Assembly (NCBI GenBank): GCA_964304625.1
Contig: OZ199838.1
Span: 16,599,469-16,663,468, forward strand
From: Kudoa neothunni
Taxonomy: Eukaryota; Animalia; Cnidaria
Direction of reading: 5' to 3'
Length of the DNA stretch: 64,000 nt
This document shows positions 51,955 to 64,000 of this stretch, piece after piece (the first letter of the stretch is position 1; each line of letters begins with the position of its first letter). The notes below the pieces were generated by a model that was not told the origin of the DNA, did no database searches, and saw nothing but the letters and a program-made list of their open reading frames with translations. Both the position numbers and the translations under genes were made by a program.

Positions 51955-53244
51955 CAATATTCCAAGATCAGAATGCAACCATTCCTTTAAAATGATATAA
52001 TTATTGTTGTAAGCGTTGTCTAAATTAAAAATACATTATTTTTATGTCAAAAAACAATTTTTAAATGTGCTGAGCAATACGTCTGCTGAAAACACACCTT
52101 TACCACATCAACATTGAATTAACATAAATAAAGGGAAATATGTGACATTGCACGTAAGAATGCGAAATAAAGTTATTCTATTCGCAGAAATATATATTTA
52201 TTTCTTATGAAATGCCTCAGAAATATACAAATAGATAAATAAATTGTTGAGAGTATGGATGCTCACAAATCACCGATTGGGTGAATGTTAAGACGAGATC
52301 AATATGGTATTTGTTCAGTCAGTAAAAAGGTGGTGACCGTCCATCAAAACTTTCCAATGTGCAAGAATCATTCGTTCAAAGTTTAGTGGATGATGATTGA
52401 ATAACAAGTTTTGCAGAAATTGTCTATAAACTAATTTTCCTATCATGTTATAGCCCTTTTTTAAATCCAAATGAGATATTTTCCATTATTTGATACCGGT
52501 AGTAAGCAATAAAAATCCTTCGACAATATAAATTAAATAATGCTAATAAGAATTATTTAATGCTAATAAGAATTATTTAATGATAATATGAATTATCTAA
52601 TGTTAATAAGAATTATCTAATGTTAATAAGAATTATTTAATACTTATAAGAATTATTTAGTGCTAATATAAATTAAATAATGCTAATAAGAATTATTTAG
52701 TGCTAATATAAATTAAATAATGCTAATAAGAATTATTTAGTGCTAATATAAATTAAATAATGCTAATAAGAATTATTTAATGATAATAAGAATTATCTAA
52801 TGTTAATAAGAATTATTTAATACTTATAAGAATTATTTAGTGCTAATATCAATTAAATAATGATAATAAGAATTAAATAATGATAATAAGAATTATCTAA
52901 TGTTAATAAAAATTATTTAGTGCTAATAAGAATTATCTAATGTTAATAAAAATTATTTAGTGCTAATATAAATTAAATAATGTTAATAAGAATTAAATAA
53001 TGTTAATCAGAATTATTTAATACTTATAAGAATTATTTAATACTTATAAGAATTATTTAATACTTATAAGAATTATTTAATGATAATAAGAATTATTTAA
53101 TTTTAATAAGAGTTATTTAATGCATTACGGAAGGACCAACTAAAATTACTTCTAAACAATATTCAAACTCATATTTTAATCATTGTTTAAACTCAGAAAA
53201 TATTGACAACTAAAAATATGTTGCATCTTGATCTTGAAACACTG
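51955..53244 (+). mobile_element. Degenerate Tc1/IS630-like element with TIRs
   Basis: Left ta|caatattccaagatcagaatgcaac versus right (reverse complement) cagtgtttcaagatcaagatgcaac; transposase motif LIFLSCYSPFLNPNE at ~52430-52475. Confidence 0.75.
52525..53123 (+). repeat. 20-bp minisatellite, ~30 copies
   Basis: Unit tgctaataagaattatttaa with several variant types. Confidence 0.97.
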
Positions 53245-53306
53245 TGTTATGATTCATGTAAATAGCCGCTTCCTATTAAAAAACTGACCCTACCTGATTA
53301 CGATTA

Positions 53307-53552
53307 CAGTGGGTGACGTGTGGTTCGTAGTGACGCGTAATTCGAGGAAATATTACAAAATTAACATACATATAAGATTATAATGAGTTATTTATTTCTC
53401 AAACTATTTAAAAACAATTGTTTGATCATTAAGAATATTAATAAAACATTTTTAGATTCATTAATTATGTTTTTTCAAGATTATTTTGTAGTGACGTGTG
53501 GTTCGTATTTTTCTTGGTCCCAATGGGATTACGTACGACCGGTCACTCATTG
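53307..53552. mobile_element. Tc1/pogo-type MITE
   Basis: TA-flanked imperfect TIRs cagtgggtgacgtgtggttcgta / (reverse complement) caatgagtgaccggtcgtacgta; internal repeat gtgacgtgtggttcgta. Confidence 0.7.
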
Positions 53553-53781
53553 TATTATTTTTGTTCAAAATAACTTTCAATGTATTTAAGGTGTTCAAGA
53601 TAACCCTGCCAATATCTCAGAACCAAATTACCAGCCATGTATAATTGTGTGCTTATTGTTTAAATTACGATTAATTTGCTTATTAACTGCTTGAAATGAC
53701 CATTTATACAAGAAAAAATATAAAAATTATGATGCAATATTTAAAAATGGTGAGGGAATATTTATTTAAAACAACCGATCG

Positions 53782-53940
53782 TTAACCCCTAATAGGTGTT
53801 ATTGGGTTCCACACGCCTGCCTACCTGAGTAGTAAATTGAGCATAATTCGTTTACAAAATATTTTTAAAGTTTTTTTCCATGTAAATTGTTAAAATTCTA
53901 TTTTATAACTAGTTACAAAATTTTCAAAAGATTCGAAATT
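53782..53940 (+). mobile_element. Partial piggyBac-type MITE (left end), related to 62887-63137
   Basis: ttaacccct...ttgggttccac matches the terminus of the 62887-63137 MITE. Confidence 0.45.
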
Positions 53941-55795
53941 TTTTATCTTAAGTTGATATTTACCCCAGAGGATTATAACAAACTCGATGCGTTTTATTTT
54001 TTTTAAAGTTAATCTCACAATTGCGCAGTAAGTGTATCAATGTCAGGTTCGAATTCCTTAAATAAATTCTCATCTGACAAATTCTTGATATGCCTACTTT
54101 TGATTCATTTATTGTGGTTTCTCGAAGAAATCTGGAATATTTGAAAGACAAACGAAATCGAAGGCAACAATTTTTATTTTACCTATCCACTTCTTTGATT
54201 AAAGTCACCAAAATAGAAGAGGTGAAGATCAATGGATTGGATTTTCAACCGCTACCAGGCCAGGCGTTATGTTGAAGCAGTTAGGTTTAAATTCCATAAA
54301 AATAACACACGTCTTTTGCTCTGCACGCGATATAAGACTGGGCCAAAAAGTACGCCGAATGTGTGACAACGCTATACTCAATTAGCATTCAATAAAAACA
54401 TTAACATGCTTGAATGTTTCCCAAAATAAACGATTTATTATATGTCATGTATTTTTTGTTGCTCTATAACGTATTAAAGTAAGCTGATACAGTTTAAAAT
54501 ATAATATGACAAAGAACAGAAATTAATTCGGGTGGGTTCGTCAGGCCTAGGGTCGCCTAAATCAGGTATGTCTAAGGTTATCTTTACGGATTAATATTCA
54601 CGTATCAGTAAATAAAATCAGATTTTCGTAGATTGCGCATGGCTAATTTTAATTAGAGATATATTGAAAATTTAAACAACAAATAAGCTTCAATTCATCG
54701 ATTAAAATATTTATTATTTTAAAATCACAGCGAATAGGAACCAATATGACATTCTTTCGCGCTAGCAATCAAACGGGAAATTAATTATAACTGCAATTAA
54801 TACTAAATTAGTCTATTATTCACAGTCAAAAATATCTTTTAAACTCATAAATTTGTGGATATGGGATTAACACAGAAAAAGTCACTATAGTAATTAATTT
54901 TATTATCAAATGTTACATTTCAAATGTTGAACCTATCGATATTGAACGTTTTTTTAATATTTTAAAAAAATTTATGGTCATTGCATATAACAAAGCAAAC
55001 AAATAAGAGAAAAGAAAAAGTCCGAATTTTTGTAGTATTAAAAAATTATTTTAATATATTTCATTTAAAATGTGAGAGGTAAGGAAGATGAAAAGACTAA
55101 TAATAAAAGGAGAGACCCCTATTAGTAAACGTTACTCTGGAACAACATTCTCAAAGGGGATTATAATCATAACTATCATTAATACAGAAGAATAAAAATG
55201 AATAGTAGCCAGCTTAACTTGTCATTAAATAAATACTTGTTAGGAGATATCAATTATATATCCTGTTAACTGTAAATTATTGACTGATTTTAATTTTGGA
55301 AATTTATATCTATATAATATTGATTGTAACATGATATTGAATGTTTACGTATGGGGTGGGTCTTATTATATCGATGACTGGTTTTAATTTGAAGAAACGT
55401 TGATGAATTATGAAATAAAGTTAAGCAATTACCATGACAACAATAAACGAGGATGATTATCTAGGCTGTTACTCCGAATCGACACATTTTTTTCCTCTAA
55501 TTAGGGTTGAACTGAGTGATCCTCGTAAACAAACCTTAATTCATTCATTCCACATGCAACATTGACCAACGTGTATTTGGTGTTAGCTGGATTTTAAATT
55601 TAAATCATGTAATCTACCGAGGTGATATCGAACGAGTGTTTATTATCACAGTTTAAGCGTTAGTTATTGTCTCATTGAGATTAGATAGATAGGTAGGTAT
55701 GTATGTTCTACAACTTTTGATATTTTTAGCGTAGAGATTAACTAATTTTTGAAATTTAAGACTAGTGCAGTGATTCTAATAACAATATCAACTAA

Positions 55796-57673
55796 ATGCC
55801 AAAATCTAATCCTTCAAGTGAAAAAAGTGATCCGAGAATGGTCTCAGAAGAAAACAGCTCCTCATATAATAATGTAAAAGAACACGACCACTGTGGTAGT
55901 GGGAATTACGGCATTTACTATGTAGCGGGAAATTCAAATAATGACTCCCACTCGGCCACCAACCAACAAGAGTTTGAAGTGGTGGAATCTGGGACTCCTG
56001 ATTCTGGCCTCGCTCAGAAACTCTCTAAACAAACATCGGTTATGGAAGGAAGAGTAACAACAAAAACTCTTGGACCAGTTGGAGGTTTCAGTCTTATAAC
56101 AGGAGTGATCATTGGATCCGGTATATTCATATCGGTAAAAGGATCGTTGCAAGTGTTCGCTCCTAGTATTGGAGCACTTCTCTTATTGTGGCTATTTGGT
56201 GGATTGATTTCATTGATTGGTGGTTTGTGTTACGTTCAACTTGGTATAATGGTGCCCAAGTCAGGTGGAGAAAGAACTTATTTGTGTGAAGCTTTTGGAA
56301 CACAATTTGCAATTGTTTTCACCTATGGTTATTGTTTTCTCGTGAAAACGTTAGCACTTGCTGGTATCGCTCAAACATTTGGAAAGTATTTCTATGAGAT
56401 GGTGTTTGGCAACTACAGAGATCCAAATATGATATCGAATATCATTGCTGCTATAGCCATCCGTATGTTTAGATTTTGTCATTCTCTTTTTTTACAGGAT
56501 ATTTACATATCAAAAAATTACAACTATAATTAACGTTAAAAAATTTTCAAACCGCCTAATGAAGAATTGTTTAGTCATCTTGTGTTTGATTAATTCGTTC
56601 AGTAAAAATCTCGCGAATAGAACTCAAATCTTTTTCACAGTTCTGAAGCTGTTGGCTATTGGCGGGATCATAATTATTGGTGTGGTGTTTATGGCGACAG
56701 GACGAGGTCACAATAATCCGAATCCTTTCCAAAATCCATTTACAGTTGACCACATGCAACTCATGCTACTTGCCAACTGTCTAATAAACATATTCTGGGC
56801 TTATGAAGGATGGTATGTTTGTATTTGATGATGGAGTTTCAATGTGAGTGTTGATTTTTGGTAGGAATTCACTTGGCGCTGTGGTAGGAGATATGAAAAA
56901 TCCTAAGAGGTAACACAACACAGTCGTTGGTCAAATCAAATTATAATTTCGATTAAGAGATCTACCAATTTCAATGGTACTTGGCACAGTTGTTGTAGTT
57001 GTTGTGTACGGGCTGACAATTGTGGCATACGTTGGAGTACTGGGCTATGATTCGGTGATGAACACTGAAAACTGTGGCCGCTTTATTCGCCCAAAAAACC
57101 ATTCCCAAAGCCAGTTGGATTATACCACTGTTTATATGTGTTTCTACGTTTGGAGCGTGTAACGGAACAATTGTATTCATCTCTCGAATAGTAATGACTG
57201 CCGCGATCAACAAAGAAATACCTGGTTTCTTTGGGTTGGTATACGCCAAACAACGCACTCCTGTAATTGCAATTTTCTTCCCCGCACTCATAAGTATGAT
57301 CTTTCTGCTGTTGCCATTCCAAAAACTCATCACATATTGTGCTCTTATTTCGTGGACTTTTTACGGTCTCACCATGGCCGCATGTATAAAACTCTACTGG
57401 TTACATTCGGACTTGGATCGATCATTCAAGCTGCCAACTATTTGTCCTGTTATTGTTCTACTGTTATCAATGTACATTGTGATTATGTGCTTTGTTAACA
57501 ATGCCATGGAGAGTTGTATTATTACCTCAGTATTATTGATTATTTTTGGGGTCCATTTTCTACCCGAGAGAATATTGAGACCATTCGCAATGAAGAGAGC
57601 GCACTCAAGATTGAAGAGGTTGTTGACACGACATGCAGGACTTGTGATGGCTGATGAACATGATATTTCGTGA
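55796..57673 (+). CDS. SLC7/LAT-family amino-acid permease light chain; 4 exons
   Basis: GVIIGSGIF, LCYVQLG..VPKSGGE..Y, WAYEGWN, DMKNPKRDLP, STFGACNG and RTPV; +1 frameshift at 57068-57071. Confidence 0.93.
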
Positions 57674-58044
57674 GTTGCTCAACGTCGTCTGGTCATATAC
57701 TCTTACAATTTTCTGTATCTATACCGAATAGTAAACATTAAACTGAATAATAGTTTAAGGCTTGTTTTCGCTTACGATTTCTTAGTATTTCCGTTCATTT
57801 TTGGCAATAATATTATTTTTTTCTTTGATTTCTAAGTCTTGAGTGCATATTTTCAGTTTTATCGTGACGTTTGCTCTATTTTGAAATTAGATTAGTTGGA
57901 ATAATCGTGTGGCGGCTAATGGGTTTTGAATAGTTGCAGTCTGCATGTGTTCAATTTATTTTTATTGACTCAGTTTGTTTGCATGTATATGATGTGCTCT
58001 GTTTCCGTAGTTATATGAGATTGATCGATTAAACATCTATTTAA

Positions 58045-60244
58045 CCTTCTAATAGCTTGAAAAGTTACACCATCCAAATACAACTATAAAACTGGGGTGT
58101 ATTTCGACCCTACGTGTTTTTTAACTTATGCATAGAAAATATAAATTAAACTGTTTAAACGAATTTTAAGCAATATCCATCCACAAAGTATCGTGAAAAA
58201 AGCGAAATAAAATAACTAACATCGTCTTGCGCTTACGCGATTAATTTAAGAATTTAACTTTTTGGCGATTTAATTATACCTAGAATAAGGAAAACCGATA
58301 TATGCGCTTAATATTTTATTTATTCCTTATATTATATATTTTAAATGGTTTTAATCATTAATTATTAAACAAATTTTATCTCGATTTAAATGAGACAAGG
58401 TGTTAAATAACAGAAATAGTATAAATAATCCGAGCAAACAGTTTTAGAATGTTTTATACAACATGACGCGTTGCCATTAAGACATTTTGCTGAGGTTTTG
58501 TGATCTTTTTTCTTTCACACTATTGACACCTTTGAATCGAATTTTTTGGAGCGTTACGCACAAGTATGCTGGCTGAATTATCTTTTTTTCTTCGCGTTTT
58601 TAAAGCGCTTGGCAACTCTTAAGCCATTCTTTTTAAATAATTTCTCCTGCTTATGTTGACTTGATGAAATAATTCTTTATAAACTGAACACCCATTTATC
58701 AATGGAATATCAACCATGTTGAAGAATTCAATCATGAGCCAGTGTATAGTGAATCTTCTTACACTTAATGATTCAAATAATCAAGAAATAGTATCAATTC
58801 CCCCTTTTCAGAGTTTAATGAACTATTACATCAGTTTTGTTTCTCTTGGACAAGTACCTTTAAATCAACCTTTTACCTTCAAACACAAAAAGAGAAGAAT
58901 TGACAGGAGTATTTTTCAATTGTCCTAAATATGGCGGAGTTTTTCTTTTATTAGATCTCAATGTCCCAAGTGAGGTTAGTTTTTTCTTAGCAGTGCGTCG
59001 GCCAGTTCCATAGACGTGAAAAAGTTATCACAAACCAAATTTCGACCAGAATCATGCAACCATGCAATGGGCTAGATAATTTCAATATTATGTTCTTCCG
59101 ACGTTTGTTGCCTTTTTATCTAATTGTTTCTGCTTTCCCAAATACACGTCGATATTATATACATAGGTTTATCTAGGATCAACTGCGAGAAAAAACATAA
59201 TTCTATATTTGGTTGGTTTGCTAAGCATGTATTGCTTAAATGGACAACGGCCTCTGAAAGAAACTAGCTGCTCATCAATGCATACATCCTCAAATGGGCG
59301 GAAACTAAGTGTGAGCAAATCATTCTAAATAGTCCAGACCCGGACGCCACGAATATGACAAAATTTATCAAACTCTTTTCTCAGCTTTCGAATTGGGGGA
59401 TCATCAAAGTGGAGAGCCTCAGTAATTTGCCTGAATCTATTAAGATAAAAAGTTCTCTATAAATATGTCGGACTTCGTCAACTCCAAATAACTCAGAAAT
59501 GGGTTCCTGTCGGTCTTTATGGATAGCCATTAACAACAGGCATCCTACATAACCCTCAAATTCGGTTTCATCTAAATTATTCCAACCATTTCCAAAGTGA
59601 TTAGCACCAAATAGATTTGTTAATTTATTTGTCAGATCGTAAATTTCTTGATTCAAAAATTGTCGGAAAGTATCACCTAAATTAGTCACTCTCAATAAAG
59701 CGAAAGGTGACATAGCAGGACTATAATTCAAAATATTATCGAGTCCCGTTCTTGAAATTAATAGGTTTATTAACTGACCACAAAGTTCCTTTTTGCTAAG
59801 TAAAGAATCGGCGACCAATTCAACGTCATCATCAGATGTATCAGATGAGATTTCATGAAGAGATGAATTTTTAGTATAAAAATCAACAAAATCGAAACAA
59901 TTATCGTAGTAATCAGAAGAACTAATAGTTTTAAAGATGGAACATGAACAAATATATGTGTCACCAATATATTGTTATTTATTCAATATTTTATCGATTA
60001 AATTTCCTTAGACTTCAAGTACAAATATTATTTTTTATTTCTTACAATGTTACCAAAAAAAACTTGGGGTTGACTTATACCCCATTTTTATTTAGGTGGT
60101 TTTTATTACATTTTCTTAAAGATCTCAATAATTCAGAAGAAAAGATTACATCAAGTCAAAATCAAATTAACCTAACCATTTATGTTTGAAAAATGACCTT
60201 ATAACATGCGTGGGATCGAAATACACCCCATTTTATTTAGAAGG
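58045..60244 (-). mobile_element. Full-length but inactivated piggyBac transposon
   Basis: TTAA TSDs at 58041-44 and 60245-48; TIRs ccttctaa...ggggtgtatttcga; transposase motifs IDEQLVSFRGRCPFKQYM, LVCDNFFTS and GGIDT; many stops. Confidence 0.93.
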
Positions 60245-60774
60245 TTAAAATCGGCTAAAGTGCGACTTTAATTATGAAAATAATTTTTCATGTTGTGTGC
60301 ACCAATTAGACTAATCTCATTACATCAAAATAAATTCTCATTGAGCAGTGGTGCATGAAAATATGAAATGACTTAACTTTCCACCTTATGGAGGTCAATT
60401 ATGTAATTTCAACATTTTCAATGTTATTGTATTTGAGGTACAATATTATTGTAGGCACATGTTTATTTGCCGCTTCAATTTCTAATTGAATAATAATATT
60501 ATTGAATAATATTATTGAATGAAGTATTGTAGTTTATTCGTGCATGTAATTAAACAATTATTATAGCATTAAAAATTGTTAGGTATAATTATTTCCGAGC
60601 ATAAGTTTATAAGTGAGACTGACAATAAACAATACATGGAATATTTCTACATATGACGCCAAATTATTTATTTCGGTGACAATACATAAAAACAGTAGAA
60701 ATGAGACAAAATAAACGTAAAATTCCTATACAATTAAAAATACGGCCACGTTTTACGGTGTAATCAACAAACAT

Positions 60775-61899
60775 TTACAAGTTATCCATCTTTTTTAACT
60801 TTTCATTTGTTATCATTACATTGAGCTAATTATAATCAATAGAAAGAAATCATGCTCAAAAAATTCATTACATCTTTTTCTGATATGGCTTTCTTAATCA
60901 ATCCTCCATATTGAACGGGTCTTCCTGCAACATTGGCGGTTGGAAGTGATGAGTTTGGCGATTCAGGTATTTGATGTAGAATACCGTGACCAAGGTTTAA
61001 ACCAACTAACGACGTAGGTGACCAATCCTTCGAAGGAGTTATTTCACATATTCTTGCCGAACGGGTATACACATTGTAAACAATCAGTTTTAGAGGCTCG
61101 CCGATACTTTTTTCAAATAGCACAAATATTTCCCTCTAATCAAAAGTTTATTAACAACCGTAGTTTTCCATAAAATCTGAGTAGTAGGATCAAATGTAAA
61201 GGTTACAGTATCAGCGAAACGGTTATCTTTGAAAGCTCCTAGGATGTATTCACTTTCAGCTTGAATACCTGCCTTTGAAGCAGGTGAATTTAGTGCTACA
61301 TCCTAATTTACTTCATAGAAACACAACACTAATAAATTAGGAGAGATACAATCACATGCCACACATGACTAGAAGCTTCTTCAAACTTGCGTCGAACCAC
61401 CATTACTCCAAGAAATACATTTCCATCTTTTTTGATCAATGGAATTTCGATCTCTAAATTTAATCATTTGTATTTAGTCAACATATCATTTCATGTATTC
61501 AAAGAAAAATAATAAATTAAGTCGTAAGTGTAGAGTAACATACCACGCCATTGATACTTGGCATGGTTATAAATTGTCAAATTGGCCTTATCCTTTGTGC
61601 TGTGATTTATATAATTTGAAATTTCATTGTTGGTCAACTAAAGCAAAACACACACAATACAAAACAATCCAATTCCAATAGATTTGTAAATACACATATT
61701 TGTCCATCAATCATCACAAGAAAATCATAATACACTTCAACTCCAGCTCCCACACATGGAGATTCGGGGTCTACCTACATTTACACATCAAACTTCTTAC
61801 TTTTCCACAACGATAATGACAAAAATTTATTACAGCTAGCACGTGAAAACCTTCTTTTATTTTGTTGTAATCATTTATTGTAGATTGCTCTCCACCCAT
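60775..61899 (-). CDS. GORASP2: Golgi reassembly stacking protein GRASP55/65; multi-exon
   Basis: MGGEQS myristoylation start, EGFHVL, SP...AG...YYDFL, HVWHV..V..NSPASKAG, PLKLIVYN and GHGILHQIP. Paralog assignment is not resolvable. Confidence 0.92.
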
Positions 61900-62886
61900 C
61901 GTAACAGAAAAGGTTCCCTAAAGTTGGAGGACACCAAAATCTTGAGAAAGACTGCGTGCTTTAGTGTAGAACAAAATTAGTGGGCGTGAATGCGCGTGCG
62001 TGCGTGATTTATTTTTGCACTTGCTTGCTTATTCGACAAAATGATGAATTAAACTTTATTACTTTATGAATAAATACGAATTATCAGGGGGATATTTTGA
62101 TAAGGATTTAAAATAGTAAAATTTACAAACATAAGTAGTTTTTGAGGAAATTTAATGTTAGTTTTTTAATGTTTTCTAGTTGATCTCTGATATAAATGTC
62201 CTTGTTTAATAAAAGAATAGATAAAATCTTCACGTGATGACATAAAAACTATTTTAATTGGTTTTTTCATTAAATAAAAAATCTGAAGGAATAAAATATA
62301 TTTTTCGTTTAATCGGCGATGTTATTTTTATAATTAATTAAATTAAGACAAATTTATAATTTAATTTAGTTTATTATAATTACTCTCAGTTGCGAACCTT
62401 ATTGATTTGATAGGGTGAGGTTAAGCATTCGGTAATCTAATCTTAATTCAAACAACTTTTGTAATATCAGGTTTGTTAATCCAGGAAATATGTTATTAAC
62501 TTAGTTTAAAAATGGTTATTGAAATTTTCTTGAAATTCTCTATATTTAAATTGAGATCAATTTTAATTTGTTACAATGAAAAAATAGCTAAGTACAATTT
62601 GAATATTGAAGGATTATCAATGGTAACATAATTAATTGAACTCAGTTTTTTTAATTTAAATAAACGAATTTTTTAAATGTTTTATGGGTAACTTAACAGA
62701 ATAAATTTTAATAATACATATGTATGTCTGTAATCCCATCAAAATTCAGGACTAAATAAGTTTCAAGCTCGTTTTTATCTAAAAACAAACAAATTAATAA
62801 TCTAATGCTTTAATATATTCGATCTATTTGTAACTTTAAATGCTAATATTTCATTGTTATTAATTTGATTTATTCTGGCGGTTTAA

Positions 62887-63137
62887 CCTTTTGAGGACTA
62901 CTTTGGGTTCCACTAGCTCACCTTTCTGATTTTCCTTATAAATTTAGTTAACATGTTATATTTGGTATATTTCCACCAAAATTCTGCTTACTTTTCAGAA
63001 AAATATTATCTATCGATCAGTGCAATAAAATGAGTTAAAATTTCAGAAAAAATGTAAAAATAAAAATATAACAAGTTGAGCAACAGAATAATAGAAAGAT
63101 ACACAAGCATGTGGAACCCAAGGTTGCCCTTAAAGGG
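62887..63137. mobile_element. piggyBac-type MITE
   Basis: TTAA at 62883-86 and 63138-41; TIRs ccttttgaggactactttgggttccac / (reverse complement) ccctttaagggcaaccttgggttccac. Confidence 0.85.
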
Positions 63138-63395
63138 TTAAATTATACTCAAGCTATGCAACATAATTAACATATTAAATATATCTAGGAATAGAGACAA
63201 AAATAACGATGATAAATACTTTTAAGATTTTTTTCAGACAGAATTAAATGTTAAAAGAAAGATAAAAATTTGAGGAGCTAAAGGATTAGCTACTTGTGGA
63301 AATTTGTTTAAAACAAAGAAAAACATTGAGAATAACACCGAACAATATTTTTACAATCACAAATTATTCATATATAACGTATTAGTCTAATAAAA

Positions 63396-64000
63396 TCATT
63401 TCTGGAGTTCTCCTAAGTAAATTTGGGTGTCACTTCCAGCAGAAAGTACTAAACCGAAAAATCACACGGTAGGCGGTAGACACACAAAGCTTAACATACT
63501 TATTGGTTCGTGGGGATGAAAATCAACATCATTCACAGATCCATGATGTCCAGGAAGTTTATATACAAGTTGGCCGGTAACACAATCCCAAATGTTAACA
63601 AAGCTAAATTTGTTGATATAACAACTCACTCTGACTTGAGGTAAAATTACGTGTCGGCAGATCCACAGGAAAGATATTTGCCATCAGGAGAGAATGAACA
63701 TCTTAGAAGGTTCTTTAAAAAGATAAATATTACACAGAGAATCGAAATCCAACAGAATACTTGTTCAAAGTTATGCGAGTGGCCTGCGAAAACTTTAAGA
63801 CAACGTTCAGCGTTGTTAGTGTATGGATAGATATCCCACATTCTCACTAGAAACAAAAATAAAAATTTCAAATGATGAACAAGTAAATACAAGTGTTATC
63901 CATGCTGTTCGAAAGGAGATATGCACCATCTGGGCTTAACTTGACTCCAGTTATTGTATCACAATGTCCTCTAAGTCGAAGACTCAATTGTTCTGAACGT
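63396..64000 (-). CDS. SNRNP40: U5 snRNP 40-kDa WD40 protein, 3' part
   Basis: GHCDTITG..LSPDGAYLLSNSMDNT, GHSHNFEQNLLRCSFSPDG, YKLPGHHGSVNDVDFHPHEPI and IYLGEL. Confidence 0.93.

Overview
AT-rich eukaryotic (metazoan) genomic DNA with many tiny (~40-60 nt) GT-AG introns and very divergent proteins. This pattern suggests a reduced parasitic animal such as a myxozoan cnidarian (inference only). Housekeeping genes recognised after manual splicing: SBF/MTMR5-13 pseudophosphatase, ARPC1, an MFSD1-like transporter, a minimal Hakai/CBLL1, NOC3L, an SLC7 amino-acid transporter, GRASP55/65, SNRNP40 (partial) and tRNA-Glu(TTC). Two lineage-specific exported or surface proteins are largely hidden from the ORF track: a secreted protein with at least five Kunitz domains, most lacking disulfides, and a type-I membrane protein with a mucin-like N-terminus and about 7 divergent Cys-containing FN3-like repeats. 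There is also one spliced orphan gene. Intergenic space and the large introns hold decayed DNA transposons (hAT, MULE, Merlin, pogo, Tc1/IS630, piggyBac, MITEs), a tRNA-derived SINE pair, an unclassified hairpin repeat family and two minisatellites. At least nine single-base homopolymer frameshifts interrupt otherwise intact genes and are most likely assembly errors. No prokaryote-style system (CRISPR, defence island) is present. The best novelty candidates are the two host-interface proteins, the miniaturised Hakai and a possibly horizontally transferred hAT.
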